From the NCBI GenBank assembly GCA_965216635.1, contig OZ244188.1:1472001-1536000 (forward strand): DNA of 64,000 nucleotides. The letters are read 5' to 3'. The notes under the pieces were generated by a model. That model was not told the DNA's origin, did not search any database, and saw only the letters and a list, made by a program, of their open reading frames with translations. How positions within the stretch are numbered: position 1 is the stretch's first letter; every line of letters starts with the position of its first letter. The translations under genes were made by a program, and so were the position numbers. Source of the stretch: a bacterium. GTDB taxonomy: Bacteria; SAR324; XYD2-FULL-50-16; G965216635. This document shows, piece after piece, positions 31,002 through 41,096 of the stretch.

Positions 31002-31870
31002 TGTACAGTCTACTACGACTAATTCCCACGAAACTCCTCACTCAAACAGCTGGTTCTTTAGCTAGTAAAAAATTTCCCCCTCAACTACTACAAAAATTCA
31101 TTCAACTTTATTGCAAAATCTATTCAGTCAACTTAAACGAATCCAAAGGAAAACTAGCGTCTTTTAGTACATTCAACGAATTTTTTACCCGAGATATAAA
31201 CTTTGCCAAAAGAAAAATAGACCACACAGAAAATTCTATTATCTCCCCAGTAGATGGCACATTAATAGGTTTCAGTAAAATTCAAAAAAACAAGCTTTAC
31301 TCAACAAAAGGAGTAGAATTTACTTTAGAAGAACTGGTAGGAACAAAAAACGCAAAAATCTTTAAAAACGGATACTGCATAACTATCTATCTCAGTCCAG
31401 CAGACCACCACCGCATTTATGCTCCCAGTGAAGGAGAAATTTACAATTTTAGCTATTTTTCTGGTGATCTTTGGCCCGTCAATGCACTAGGTTTAAAATT
31501 ATTTCCAAAGCTTTTTTGCATTAACGAAAGACTTCTTTCTTTAATGAAAAACAATAAACACAAAACGACAATCGGCATTTTAAAAATAGGAGCAACCATT
31601 GTAGGTAAAATCAAAACAAAATATACTTCTATAAATCAGTATCACTCTAAAAAATCTAAAATAGATATTCCCTTTAAAAAAACTATCTCAGTAAAAAAAG
31701 CAGAAGCAATCGCACAGTTTGAATTAGGCAGCACAGTTATACTACTTTTTCAAGAAGAATCTTTTTTGCCTAGTAATTTAAAATTAGACTGCAAACTAAG
31801 AGTAGGGCAAAAAATAGGAGAATACAAAATCCTAATGAAAGGTAAAGAAAAGAGAACGCAAAAATCTTAG
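31001..31870 (+). CDS. psd: Phosphatidylserine decarboxylase
   Basis: FNEFFTR, SPVDG, YLSPADHHR, NER, FELGSTV cleavage motif. Confidence 0.92.
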   Translation: MYSLLRLIPTKLLTQTAGSLASKKFPPQLLQKFIQLYCKIYSVNLNESKGKLASFSTFNEFFTRDINFAKRKIDHTENSIISPVDGTLIGFSKIQKNKLYSTKGVEFTLEELVGTKNAKIFKNGYCITIYLSPADHHRIYAPSEGEIYNFSYFSGDLWPVNALGLKLFPKLFCINERLLSLMKNNKHKTTIGILKIGATIVGKIKTKYTSINQYHSKKSKIDIPFKKTISVKKAEAIAQFELGSTVILLFQEESFLPSNLKLDCKLRVGQKIGEYKILMKGKEKRTQKS

Positions 31871-31923
31871 AGAATATACGGGGAAACTTTTGAAGTTTAG
31901 CATTTTAGTTTGACTATAAGGTG

Positions 31924-32571
31924 TTACTCAAAATTTTGAGGACTAATTTCAGGCAAAGCCAAAAGCAGTTTATGAATGCTTGCCACTTGCTTTTTGATAG
32001 ATTCTAAATTTGTATTGCCGTCTATAATAAAATGAGCGAATTTTTTTGCCTCCTCTGGTTTTATCTGGTATTGCAGCCTTTTTTTCACACTCGCCTCACT
32101 AATTCGCTGTCTTTGGCTAACTGCTCTTCTCAAGTATGCTTTATTGAGCCTTTTGAGAATATTTTCAAAAGAAGTAATCATTAAAATAACATTCTGCATT
32201 TTAGAATAGACTCCAACTTCTATTAACAAAGGAGCGTCGTAAATTATTTTTACCTTTTCATTTTTTTTGTAAAGCATTTTTATTCTTTCCAGAGAAATTT
32301 TTTGTATTTCAGGGTGTGAAATAGCATTCATTTTTTTTACATTTTCTTTATTTTGAAAAACTACTTCTGCTAGAAGAGTAGGCTGAATTTTGCCTTGAAC
32401 TAACACCTGCTCTCCAAAACTCGCAACTATTTTTTCTACTATTTCTTTTTTTTGTAAAATTTCTCTTGCAAGTAAATCAGCACTTATCACAGTATAACCC
32501 AGCTCTTTAAAAAAATTTGCTGCTGTGCTTTTCCCACTGCCTATATTTCCAGTTAAGCCTATTAATTTCAT
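31924..32571 (-). CDS. coaE: Dephospho-CoA kinase
   Basis: IGLTGNIGSGKST, AD..AR, HPEI, DAPLLIE. Confidence 0.92.
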   Translation of the reverse strand: MKLIGLTGNIGSGKSTAANFFKELGYTVISADLLAREILQKKEIVEKIVASFGEQVLVQGKIQPTLLAEVVFQNKENVKKMNAISHPEIQKISLERIKMLYKKNEKVKIIYDAPLLIEVGVYSKMQNVILMITSFENILKRLNKAYLRRAVSQRQRISEASVKKRLQYQIKPEEAKKFAHFIIDGNTNLESIKKQVASIHKLLLALPEISPQNFE

Positions 32572-32607
32572 TGTAAATTTTAAAAATAACAGTTATAATT
32601 TTTAAGA

Positions 32608-32681
32608 TTAAAAAATTTCTTGTCAAGTAAAAATTTATCTGTAGGTTAAAAAATTTCTTGTTAAGTAAAAATTTATCTGTA
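32608..32681. repeat. 38-bp tandem duplication upstream of coaE
   Basis: TTAAAAAATTTCTTGT(C/T)AAGTAAAAATTTATCTGTA twice. Confidence 0.8.
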
Positions 32682-32714
32682 AAAGTAGAACTTTAGAACT
32701 TTAAGTTCTTAAAA

Positions 32715-32926
32715 CAGACCTTTAAATTTCGCTGATGTGACGGCTAGCCAAATGGTTAGAACAGCAGAGTTAAAAAAAAATTTCAATGCCGTAGCAAAAA
32801 ACACTACAAAACTTAAAGCTAACACAATATAAACTGCAAAAGAGCCACTGGCTCTTTTGCTAAAACTTGTATAGAGTGAAAGCAATAAGCTTGTTTTGGC
32901 TAAACAGAATGCAAACTCAAAAGTTT
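32715..32926. mobile_element. Palindromic element upstream of purA
   Basis: CAGACCTTTAAATTTCGCTGATG...GCAAACTCAAAAGTTT; closely matches 39736-40006 except for an internal deletion. Confidence 0.8.
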
Positions 32927-32934
32927 TTAAAACT

Positions 32935-34293
32935 ATGATAATCACTCTAGTAGGCTTACAATGGGGAGACGAAGGCAAAGGAAAAATAGCAGACCTACTC
33001 TCACAGCACGCAGATTGGGCAATTCGTTTCCAAGGAGGTAACAATGCCGGTCATACCATAAAATACCAAGATAAAAAATTTGTTTTACACCATATTCCAT
33101 CAGGAATATGCCAACCAAAATGCAAAACTTTGCTCGGAGGTGGAATGGTCATTGATCTACCAGATTTATGCAAAGAAATAGAAGAACTTCAAAAGCAAGG
33201 AATAAATTGCAAAAACAGAATATTTATAAGTGAAATAGCGCATCTGATCTTACCTACCCATAAAATCAAAGACAGAATATCAGAGCAAAAAAAAAATACC
33301 ATTACCATAGGCACGACTGGAAAAGGGATAGGTCCCGCCTATGCAGATAAAGTCATTAGAAGAGGGATTCGTGTTTGCGATTTGAATGAAAACCAAGACT
33401 TTAAAAAAATGTTTTATCAAAAAATGAAACAGGATTTTGCAGAAATTTCTGCTAGCCACCAAAATGCTACAAGCAACATAAAACTCCCCTCTATAAAAAA
33501 ATCTTACGAAGAGCTAATGGCAGCCTACCTAAAAATCAAAGAAAATATTTACGATTCCCACGAACTCCTCCACGTAAAAACGGCTAAAGACAAAAACATT
33601 TTATTAGAAGGTGCACAAGGCAGTCTGTTAGATATAGACTACGGCACCTACCCTTATGTTACTTCCTCTAGCACAGTAGCAGGTATGTCTGCCATAGGAA
33701 GCGGAGTAGGTCTCAGAAAGATTAACGCCATTTTTGGAATTTTCAAAGCCTATACCACAAGAGTAGGAGAAGGAGCCTTTCCTACAGAATTAAAAGATCA
33801 ATACGGAAAATATTTGCAAACACAAGGAGGCGAAATTGGTTCTACCACGGGTAGGAGCCGTCGCTGTGGTTGGTTAGATCTGTGTTTGTTGAGAAAAACC
33901 ATAGCCATCAACGACATTAGCCATTTAATTCTGATGAAACTAGATGTTTTAGACCAACTAGAGGAGATTAAAGTCTGTACAAGCTACAAGACAAAAGAAG
34001 GAAAAAAACTGCTTATGCCTCCCAATCGCATTCAAGATTGGAACAACCTTATTCCTCAATATAAATCCTTTAAAGGTTGGCAGTGCAAAACTAGTCAGAC
34101 CAAATCTATTCCAAATTTGCCTCGTAATTGTCAGAGCTACATAAACTTTTTGCAAAAAAGTTTAAAATGCCCTATAATCATAACTTCTGTTTCTCCTAAA
34201 AGGGAAGACAACTTAATAAAAACAACATTCTTTTTTAAACAATCAACTAAAATTTTAAGAAAATGGCAAAAAAAGGCGACCGTATCCAAGTAA
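32935..34293 (+). CDS. purA: Adenylosuccinate synthetase
   Basis: [46 protein letters not shown] at 32935; tail overlaps rpmG by 31 nt. Confidence 0.96.
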   Translation: MIITLVGLQWGDEGKGKIADLLSQHADWAIRFQGGNNAGHTIKYQDKKFVLHHIPSGICQPKCKTLLGGGMVIDLPDLCKEIEELQKQGINCKNRIFISEIAHLILPTHKIKDRISEQKKNTITIGTTGKGIGPAYADKVIRRGIRVCDLNENQDFKKMFYQKMKQDFAEISASHQNATSNIKLPSIKKSYEELMAAYLKIKENIYDSHELLHVKTAKDKNILLEGAQGSLLDIDYGTYPYVTSSSTVAGMSAIGSGVGLRKINAIFGIFKAYTTRVGEGAFPTELKDQYGKYLQTQGGEIGSTTGRSRRCGWLDLCLLRKTIAINDISHLILMKLDVLDQLEEIKVCTSYKTKEGKKLLMPPNRIQDWNNLIPQYKSFKGWQCKTSQTKSIPNLPRNCQSYINFLQKSLKCPIIITSVSPKREDNLIKTTFFFKQSTKILRKWQKKATVSK

Positions 34294-34424
34294 AGTTAAA
34301 AAGTACAGAAAGTCCACATCTTTACTATACAATAAAAAATAAAAAAAATGATGTGGAAAAACTAGAACTGAGTAAATACGATCCAGTTATTCGCAAGCAT
34401 GTGCTATACAAGGAAAAAAAATAA
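34263..34424 (+). CDS. rpmG: 50S ribosomal protein L33 (Cys-free form)
   Basis: Manual translation [53 protein letters not shown]; absent from the ORF track. Confidence 0.93.
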   Translation: MAKKGDRIQVKLKSTESPHLYYTIKNKKNDVEKLELSKYDPVIRKHVLYKEKK

Positions 34425-34506
34425 TACTTTGGTAGAAAAATATTGACAAGTTTAAAAAAATTAGTTACTTTTTTAGTTTGAATAACTTTAATTATTATTA
34501 ATATAA

Positions 34507-34764
34507 ATGACAACAATACAAGAAATAGCAAGTAAAGAAGTTAAAGCTAATTATACTTTCTTTAAAGAAAAACGAGCAGAATTAGAAAAAAACAATCTTG
34601 GTAAGTTTGTTCTTTTGCACAAAAAACAAATACAAGGTTATTTTGATACTGATAATGATGCTATGATTGTTGGCAGAAAAGATTATGGAGAAGGTAATTT
34701 TTCCGTGCAAGAAATAGGAGCAATTCCCGTTGATTTAGGTTATCAATCTTATGCCATCCTTTAG
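34507..34764 (+). CDS. Small hypothetical protein (DUF5678-like)
   Basis: NY.FF....AEL.....GKFVLLH...I.G.FD....A...G pattern. Confidence 0.6.
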   Translation: MTTIQEIASKEVKANYTFFKEKRAELEKNNLGKFVLLHKKQIQGYFDTDNDAMIVGRKDYGEGNFSVQEIGAIPVDLGYQSYAIL

Positions 34765-34798
34765 TACTAATTTATCACAGAACAAATTTATTGTAGAT

Positions 34799-34926
34799 GT
34801 AAAGCTAAAAAGTACAGAAAGTCCACATCTTTACTATACAATAAAAAAAATGATGTGGAAAAACTAGAACTGAGTAAATACGATCCAGTTATTCGCAAGC
34901 ATGTATTATACAAGGAAAAAAAATAA
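34799..34926 (+). pseudogene. rpmG: Truncated, frameshifted second copy of rpmG
   Basis: Part of direct repeat 34799-35008 vs 34290-34506; lacks the first 9 codons and has a 7-nt deletion in an A-tract. Confidence 0.85.
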
Positions 34927-35008
34927 TACTTTGGTAGAAAAATATTGACAAGTTTAAAAAAATTAGTTACTTTTTTAGTTTGAATAACTTTAATTATTAT
35001 TAATATAA

Positions 35009-35046
35009 TAGACCTTTGAATTAATGTTATATTTTGACTAAACTAG
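35009..35046. repeat. Left-end fragment of palindromic element
   Basis: TAGACCTTTGAATTAATGTTAT begins exactly where the rpmG duplication ends. Confidence 0.6.
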
Positions 35047-35101
35047 ACACAACCTAGATAGGCTAGGGAAATGTTTCTTTAAATCTAAATTAAAAAAAAT
35101 T

Positions 35102-36397
35102 ATGGAAAGAGTATCAAAAAGGGCGTTAAATAGCTCTCTTAAAAATTGTGAGACAAAAGCAGCTCGATCTAACCAATGGGCTGGTTTTCAACGGGCTAAT
35201 CAATGGGCTGGTTTTCAATGGGCTGGCTTCAAATGGAATGGCGTTGTATTGCTAGGTGCGGTTTTGTTGAGTTTGCTATTTGTAGGTAATCTGCAAGCAC
35301 AGAGCAGCGCTAGCACGAAACAGGGATTTTTCGCTGGTATTGTTTATCTGCAAGGTTTCGGAGTAGATACCACAAAAACTAGCACAAACTCTGCTACTGT
35401 CTATAGAATCAAATATTCAAACGATATTACTGGAATAGAAGCAAATGGTGTATTCACTGGTTTAGTAGGATCTGGAACAGAAGCATTATTAAAGGCAAAC
35501 TGCGAACGTGATGCAACAACTGTCACACAGACTGATGGAGATTACTCTTTAATATATGATGATTTGACTTCCTTCTCTCCTGGGCGAAGACTGACTATAG
35601 ATGAAATTAATAATGGGGATGCTACTGTAATTTTAGCAGACAATAACGTTCCTAATAGAATATTTCATACAGGATTTGCAAATGGAGAAACATCCTATTG
35701 TTACAGATACTTTTCCTCTGGAAGAACCTCTATTATTCTTTCCGATCCTGATGTGACTGCAGATACACCTTCAAAACCCGTCACCAGCACAGAGAGCGAC
35801 GCACTCAACGGTGTCGGTCTGCAAGTCGGCTGGCGAGGAGAAAAATGGAGAGCCTCTCTGACTCACTTTACTGGCAAAGGGGGAGCTAACGAGCTCGTCA
35901 ATACAGTGGTAATGGCGGAGTATTTTTTTCACGAGGAGTTTTTTGCAGGAGGCGGTCTAGCGAGTATGAAGCTTACCAATGGCTCTACTAGCGCTTCGGC
36001 TACTAGCCCCGTGTTAACGGTAGGCTATAAAGAGAACTTAACTCCCAACCTATTCTTTAATATTAGCTTGACAAAGTATATTTCGGGTATTTCTCTGAGC
36101 CGTTCTATTAGTCCTACAGCTACTGTAAACAAAACTTTTACCCGCCCACCACAGACTAAAAACGGTGATTCAGCAACGATTGGCTTAGGATCTGTACAGA
36201 CACCCTCATCATCTCTCCAAATCGTAGCAGATATTACTTCTGAAAATATACTTGTAACCGATAACAGAATAGAAGTAACCCAATTCCGCAGTAGAGATGT
36301 GGAAATACAAGAAGTCACAACTCCAGCAGCGCAGAAGATAGAAGCCGAAATCAAAGCCCCCGTAGTCGTCAGCATTTCCCTGCTTTGGCGCTTTTAA
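35102..36397 (+). CDS. Outer-membrane beta-barrel family protein (paralog C, most divergent)
   Basis: KQGFFAGIVYL, EKWRASLTHFTGKGGANEL, KAPVVVSISLLWRF; QWAGF repeats in the leader. Confidence 0.7.
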   Translation: MERVSKRALNSSLKNCETKAARSNQWAGFQRANQWAGFQWAGFKWNGVVLLGAVLLSLLFVGNLQAQSSASTKQGFFAGIVYLQGFGVDTTKTSTNSATVYRIKYSNDITGIEANGVFTGLVGSGTEALLKANCERDATTVTQTDGDYSLIYDDLTSFSPGRRLTIDEINNGDATVILADNNVPNRIFHTGFANGETSYCYRYFSSGRTSIILSDPDVTADTPSKPVTSTESDALNGVGLQVGWRGEKWRASLTHFTGKGGANELVNTVVMAEYFFHEEFFAGGGLASMKLTNGSTSASATSPVLTVGYKENLTPNLFFNISLTKYISGISLSRSISPTATVNKTFTRPPQTKNGDSATIGLGSVQTPSSSLQIVADITSENILVTDNRIEVTQFRSRDVEIQEVTTPAAQKIEAEIKAPVVVSISLLWRF

Positions 36398-36535
36398 CAG
36401 AGTTGTATAGGCACCGAATCACCCCTAAAAAGGAAGTGAACTCTCGGTGCCCCTCATAAAACCACCTCCACGTCAAAACCACTCAAAAACAAATAAAATA
36501 CTCTTTTTTTATTTGCTTTTTTATTTTTTTGGGGC

Positions 36536-36564
36536 TTGACTTCACTAGAATAGTTTGCTAAAAT
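36536..36564 (+). promoter_or_regulatory. Sigma70-type promoter (repeated at 37345, 38101, 38921)
   Basis: TTGACT-17 nt-TAAAAT in front of each of the four array genes. Confidence 0.75.
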
Positions 36565-36615
36565 AAAACAACCAAAATAAAAACTTTTAAAAAATAAAAT
36601 GTTAAGAAAAATAAA

Positions 36616-37248
36616 ATGTTAAGAACAACTACAGCACAAAAATTTACTTCTACTAAAATCTACGATCTTTTGATTGGACTAGGTGCAGAAAAAAAGAAAG
36701 CAGAGATTGCTATTGGAGAGTTTTTAGAACTGGTCCCAAAAGCTTTGGCTTCTAGTGCCGCAGAAACGGGTTTGGATGTCACTCTTCCTACGGATAAAGG
36801 GGATATCTGGAGATTGGAATCCATCATTTCAGAGAACAAAACCGACTTGATAAGAATAATAGCAGACAACAAAAACGATACAGATAGAATAATAACAGAC
36901 AACAGAAACGACCTGATAAGAATAATAACAGACAACAAAAACGATACAGACTTAAAACTGAAAGATATTGAGAGTAAAATCGTAAAAACCAAAAGCGATA
37001 CAGAAAAAATAATAACAAAAAACAGAAACGACCTAGAAAAAATAATAACAGACAACAGAAACGACTTGATAAGAATAATAACAGACAATAAAAATGATAC
37101 AGACCTGAAATTTAAGGATATAGATTTAAAAATATCAGAAAGCAGAGTTAATATAATCAAATGGGTTATTGCGACTACTCTAACCAGTACGGGTATATTG
37201 ATTGTTATAATATTTGGATTGTTGCAATTTTTAAAAGTAGTAGCATAG
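36616..37248 (+). CDS. Bdr/DUF1640-like hendecad coiled-coil protein with C-terminal TM (copy 1, 210 aa)
   Basis: Head F.STKIYDLL...G.EKK.AE, 11-aa repeats, KWVIATTL.. TM anchor. Confidence 0.75.
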   Translation: MLRTTTAQKFTSTKIYDLLIGLGAEKKKAEIAIGEFLELVPKALASSAAETGLDVTLPTDKGDIWRLESIISENKTDLIRIIADNKNDTDRIITDNRNDLIRIITDNKNDTDLKLKDIESKIVKTKSDTEKIITKNRNDLEKIITDNRNDLIRIITDNKNDTDLKFKDIDLKISESRVNIIKWVIATTLTSTGILIVIIFGLLQFLKVVA

Positions 37249-37437
37249 GTATAAAATGCCTCCCCGCTAAAACCCACCAAAAAAACAAAATTGCAGGGGA
37301 CATTCTTTTAATTCTGCCCTATAATCTTTTTTATTTTTTAGGGCTTGACTTCACTAGAATAGTTTGCTAAAATAAAACAACTAAATAAAACAACCAAAAT
37401 AAAAACTTTTAAAAAATAAAATGTTAAGAAAAATAAA

Positions 37438-38004
37438 ATGTTAAGAACAACTAGAGCACAAAAATTCACTTCTACCAAGATCTACGATCTTTTGATTGGA
37501 CTAGGTGCAGAAAAAAAGAAAGCAGAGATTGCTATTGGAGAGTTTGTAGAACTGAGACCAAAAGCTTTGGCTTCTAGTGCCGCAGAAACGGGTTTGGATA
37601 CCACTCTTCCTACGGATAAAGGGGATATCTGGAGATTGGAATCCATCATTTCAGAGAACAAAACCGACTTGATAAGAATAATAGCAGACAACAGAAACGA
37701 CCTAGAAAGAATAATAACAGACAACAAAAACGATACAGACTTAAAACTGAAAGATATTGAGAGTAAAATCGTAGAAACCAAAAACGATACAGAAAAAATA
37801 ATAACAAAAAACAGAAACGACCTAGAAAAAATAATAACAGACAATAAAAATGATACAGACCTGAAATTTAAGGATATAGATTTAAAAATATCAGAAAGCA
37901 GAGTTAATATAATCAAATGGGTTATTGCGACTACTCTAACCAGTACGGGTATATTGATTGTTATAATATTTGGATTGTTGCAATTTTTAAAAGTAATAGC
38001 ATAG
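37438..38004 (+). CDS. Bdr/DUF1640-like protein (copy 2, 188 aa)
   Basis: Paralog of copy 1. Confidence 0.75.
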   Translation: MLRTTRAQKFTSTKIYDLLIGLGAEKKKAEIAIGEFVELRPKALASSAAETGLDTTLPTDKGDIWRLESIISENKTDLIRIIADNRNDLERIITDNKNDTDLKLKDIESKIVETKNDTEKIITKNRNDLEKIITDNKNDTDLKFKDIDLKISESRVNIIKWVIATTLTSTGILIVIIFGLLQFLKVIA

Positions 38005-38193
38005 GTATAAAATGCCTCCCCGCCAAAACCCACCAAAAAAACAAAATTGCAGGGGACATTCTTTTAATTCTGCCCTATAATCTTTTTTATTTTTTAGGGC
38101 TTGACTTCACTAGAATAGTTTGCTAAAATAAAACAACTAAATAAAACAACCAAAATAAAAACTTTTAAAAAATAAAATGTTAAGAAAAATAAA

Positions 38194-38760
38194 ATGTTAA
38201 GAACAACTAGAGCACAAAAATTCACTTCTACCAAGATCTACGATCTTTTGATTGGACTAGGTGCAGAAAAAAAGAAAGCAGAGATTGCTATTGGAGAGTT
38301 TGTAGAACTGAGACCAAAAGCTTTGGCTTCTAGTGCCGCAGAAACGGGTTTGGATACCACTCTTCCTACAGATAAAGGGGATATCTGGAGATTGGAATCC
38401 ATCATTTCAGAGAACAAAACCGACTTGATAAGAATAATAGCAGACAACAGAAACGACCTAGAAAGAATAATAACAGACAACAAAAACGATACAGACTTAA
38501 AACTGAAAGATATTGAGAGTAAAATCGTAGAAACCAAAAACGATACAGAAAAAATAATAACAAAAAACAGAAACGACCTAGAAAAAATAATAACAGACAA
38601 TAAAAATGATACAGACCTGAAATTTAAGGATATAGATTTAAAAATATCAGAAAGCAGAGTTAATATAATCAAATGGGTTATTGCGACTACTCTAACCAGT
38701 ACGGGTATATTGATTGTTATAATATTTGGATTGTTGCAATTTTTAAAAGTAATAGCATAG
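38194..38760 (+). CDS. Bdr/DUF1640-like protein (copy 3, 188 aa)
   Basis: Protein identical to copy 2; 756-bp period. Confidence 0.75.
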   Translation: MLRTTRAQKFTSTKIYDLLIGLGAEKKKAEIAIGEFVELRPKALASSAAETGLDTTLPTDKGDIWRLESIISENKTDLIRIIADNRNDLERIITDNKNDTDLKLKDIESKIVETKNDTEKIITKNRNDLEKIITDNKNDTDLKFKDIDLKISESRVNIIKWVIATTLTSTGILIVIIFGLLQFLKVIA

Positions 38761-38982
38761 GTATAAAATGCCTCCCCGCCAAAACCAAATAAAAAAACAA
38801 AATTGCAGGGGACATTTTTTTACAAAGTAAAAATGTGTCCCCGCCAAAAACACCCAAAAAAACAAAATTGCAGGGAACATTTTTTTAATTCTGCTCTATA
38901 ATCTTTTTATTTTTTTGGGTTTGACTTTAGTAGAATAGTTTGCTAAAATAAAACAACCAAAATAAAAACCTTTAAAAATAAA

Positions 38983-39648
38983 ATGTTAAGAACAACTAGA
39001 GCACAAAAATTCACTTCTACCAAGATCTACGATCTTTTGATTGGACTAGGTGCAGAAAAAAAGAAAGCAGAGATTGCTATTGGAGAGTTTGTAGAACTGA
39101 GACCAAAAGCTTTGGCTTCTAGTGCCGCAGAAACGGGTTTGGATACCACTCTTCCTACGGATAAAGGGGATATCTGGAGATTGGAATCCATCATTTCAGA
39201 GAACAAAACCGACTTGATAAGAATAATAGCAGACAACAGAAACGACCTAGAAAGAATAATAACAGACAACAAAAACGATACAGACTTAAAACTGAAAGAT
39301 ATTGAGAGTAAAATCGTAGAAACCAAAAACGATACAGAAAAAATAATAACAAAAAACAGAAACGACCTAGAAAAAATAATAACAGACAACAGAAACGACC
39401 TAGAAAAAATAATAACAGACAACAAAACCGATACAGACTTAAAACTGAAAGATATTGAGAGTAAAATAGTAGAAATCAAAAGCGAACTAGAAAAAACTAT
39501 AGCAAAAACCAAAAGCGACCTTGAGTTAAAAATATCAGAAAGTAGAGTTCATATAATCAAATGGGTTATTGCGACTACTCTAACCAGTACGGGTATATTG
39601 ATTGTTATAATATTTGGATTGTTGCAATTTTTAAAAGTAGTAGCATAG
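38983..39648 (+). CDS. Bdr/DUF1640-like protein (copy 4, 221 aa)
   Basis: Paralog with extra repeats. Confidence 0.75.
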   Translation: MLRTTRAQKFTSTKIYDLLIGLGAEKKKAEIAIGEFVELRPKALASSAAETGLDTTLPTDKGDIWRLESIISENKTDLIRIIADNRNDLERIITDNKNDTDLKLKDIESKIVETKNDTEKIITKNRNDLEKIITDNRNDLEKIITDNKTDTDLKLKDIESKIVEIKSELEKTIAKTKSDLELKISESRVHIIKWVIATTLTSTGILIVIIFGLLQFLKVVA

Positions 39649-39735
39649 GTATAAAATACCTCCCCGCTAAAACCCACCTAAAAACCGCATCCTGCCAAAA
39701 CCACCTCCCGCCAAAAACATGTCCTCTATATTTTA

Positions 39736-40006
39736 TAGACCTTTGAATTTCGCTGATGTGACGGCTAGCCAAATGGTTAGAACAGGTGCAAAAAAAATTT
39801 TTAGCTCGCAGGAATACTCAAGTGCATTTCTTCACAAATGGCAAGAGTTAAAAATTTTTTTTAATGCCGTAGCAAAAAACACTACAAAACTTAAAGCTAA
39901 CACAATATAGACTGCAAAAGAGCCAGAGGCTCTTTTGCTAAAGCTTGTATTGGCGTAAAAGCAATAAGCTTGTTTTGGCTAAACAGAATGCAAATTCAAA
40001 AGTCTA
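39736..40006. mobile_element. Palindromic element, full long copy
   Basis: TAGACCTTTGAATTT...AAATTCAAAAGTCTA carrying most of the shared modules. Confidence 0.85.
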
Positions 40007-40050
40007 TTTTATTAGGGCATTTTATTCTGTAGGGCTGTCCTACATTTTTT

Positions 40051-41022
40051 CTAATAGTCTCTATCTAGTATAAAACTACTCAACTCTAACAATTTTTCTC
40101 TATAAATGTTATTGGGTAGGGTTTTTAGAAATTTTTTAGCCCGTAGAATGTATTTTGCTGCCTGTTGAATGCTGTAATCAAAAACTCCGAAATGTCGCAT
40201 CTTCTCGGTCACAGCTTGGATTTGTTTTGTGGTAATTTGGGGACTTTCCAATAACTTTAATATTGCTTGTTTTTCTTGTCCTTCCGTCAGCTCCATCAAT
40301 CTACAAAGAGGTAAAGTGATTTTCTTTTCTCTTAAATCTGTTCCCAGTTCTTTGCCTGTTTTTTTGCTAGAGTAATCCAAAACATCGTCCACAATTTGAA
40401 AAGCCATACCTATTTGCTCTCCACAGGTATAAATTTTTTGTATTGTTTGTTTTGGTTGGTTGGTAAGAATAGCTCCAGTCTGCATAGCAGCTGCCATTAG
40501 ACAAGCGGTTTTGCATTTTATAATTTTTAAATACTTCACAATGGAAGCATTATCCCACTTATGAAGCAGTTGTAAAATTTCTCCTTCGCTCAAATGAACA
40601 GCTGTATTAGAAATTAACTTGATTAACTCAAAATTTCTTATTTCTACCAACTGACCAAAAGCCTTGGCGAGCAGATAATCGCCTACTAGAATAGAGGCTT
40701 TGTTTCCCCAAATAGTTTTTGCTGTTTTTTGTTTTCTGCGATAATCGGAATTATCAATCACATCGTCGTGCAATAGGCTGGTAGTATGAATATATTCCAA
40801 AATAGCGGACATTTCTCGCACATCTTTATTATACTCTCCAAAACACAAGGTGCTAAGTAGCATTAAAGCGGGACGGATTCTCTTACCTCCACTTTGAAAC
40901 ACATACTTGCCAACTTCGGCAATAAAAGAGTGGTCTTTTTTAAATCTTTGCTCTATGTAGCTTTCCATTTTTTTGAGCTCCGATTTTATGGGAAACAAAA
41001 TTTCTTCAAAATTATTAGACAT
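40051..41022 (-). CDS. ispB: Polyprenyl (octaprenyl) diphosphate synthase
   Basis: GGKRIRP, LHDDVID..RR, FQIVDDVLD. Confidence 0.85.
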   Translation of the reverse strand: MSNNFEEILFPIKSELKKMESYIEQRFKKDHSFIAEVGKYVFQSGGKRIRPALMLLSTLCFGEYNKDVREMSAILEYIHTTSLLHDDVIDNSDYRRKQKTAKTIWGNKASILVGDYLLAKAFGQLVEIRNFELIKLISNTAVHLSEGEILQLLHKWDNASIVKYLKIIKCKTACLMAAAMQTGAILTNQPKQTIQKIYTCGEQIGMAFQIVDDVLDYSSKKTGKELGTDLREKKITLPLCRLMELTEGQEKQAILKLLESPQITTKQIQAVTEKMRHFGVFDYSIQQAAKYILRAKKFLKTLPNNIYREKLLELSSFILDRDY

Positions 41023-41096
41023 AAATACTAACTAGATTTTTTTTCTTATATTAACTAATCTACTTATAAAGTATAAGACAACCAAATTAAAAAAAA

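Noticed and set aside
36660..39512. Long antisense ORFs (206, 184, 144, 161 aa) and short +strand MGYCDY ORFs over the array
   Set aside because: Shadow frames of the repetitive coiled-coil genes; the promoters face the + strand genes.
39719..39910. 63-aa ORF (and 32709-33044)
   Set aside because: Chance frames across the palindromic element with no recognisable transposase motif.
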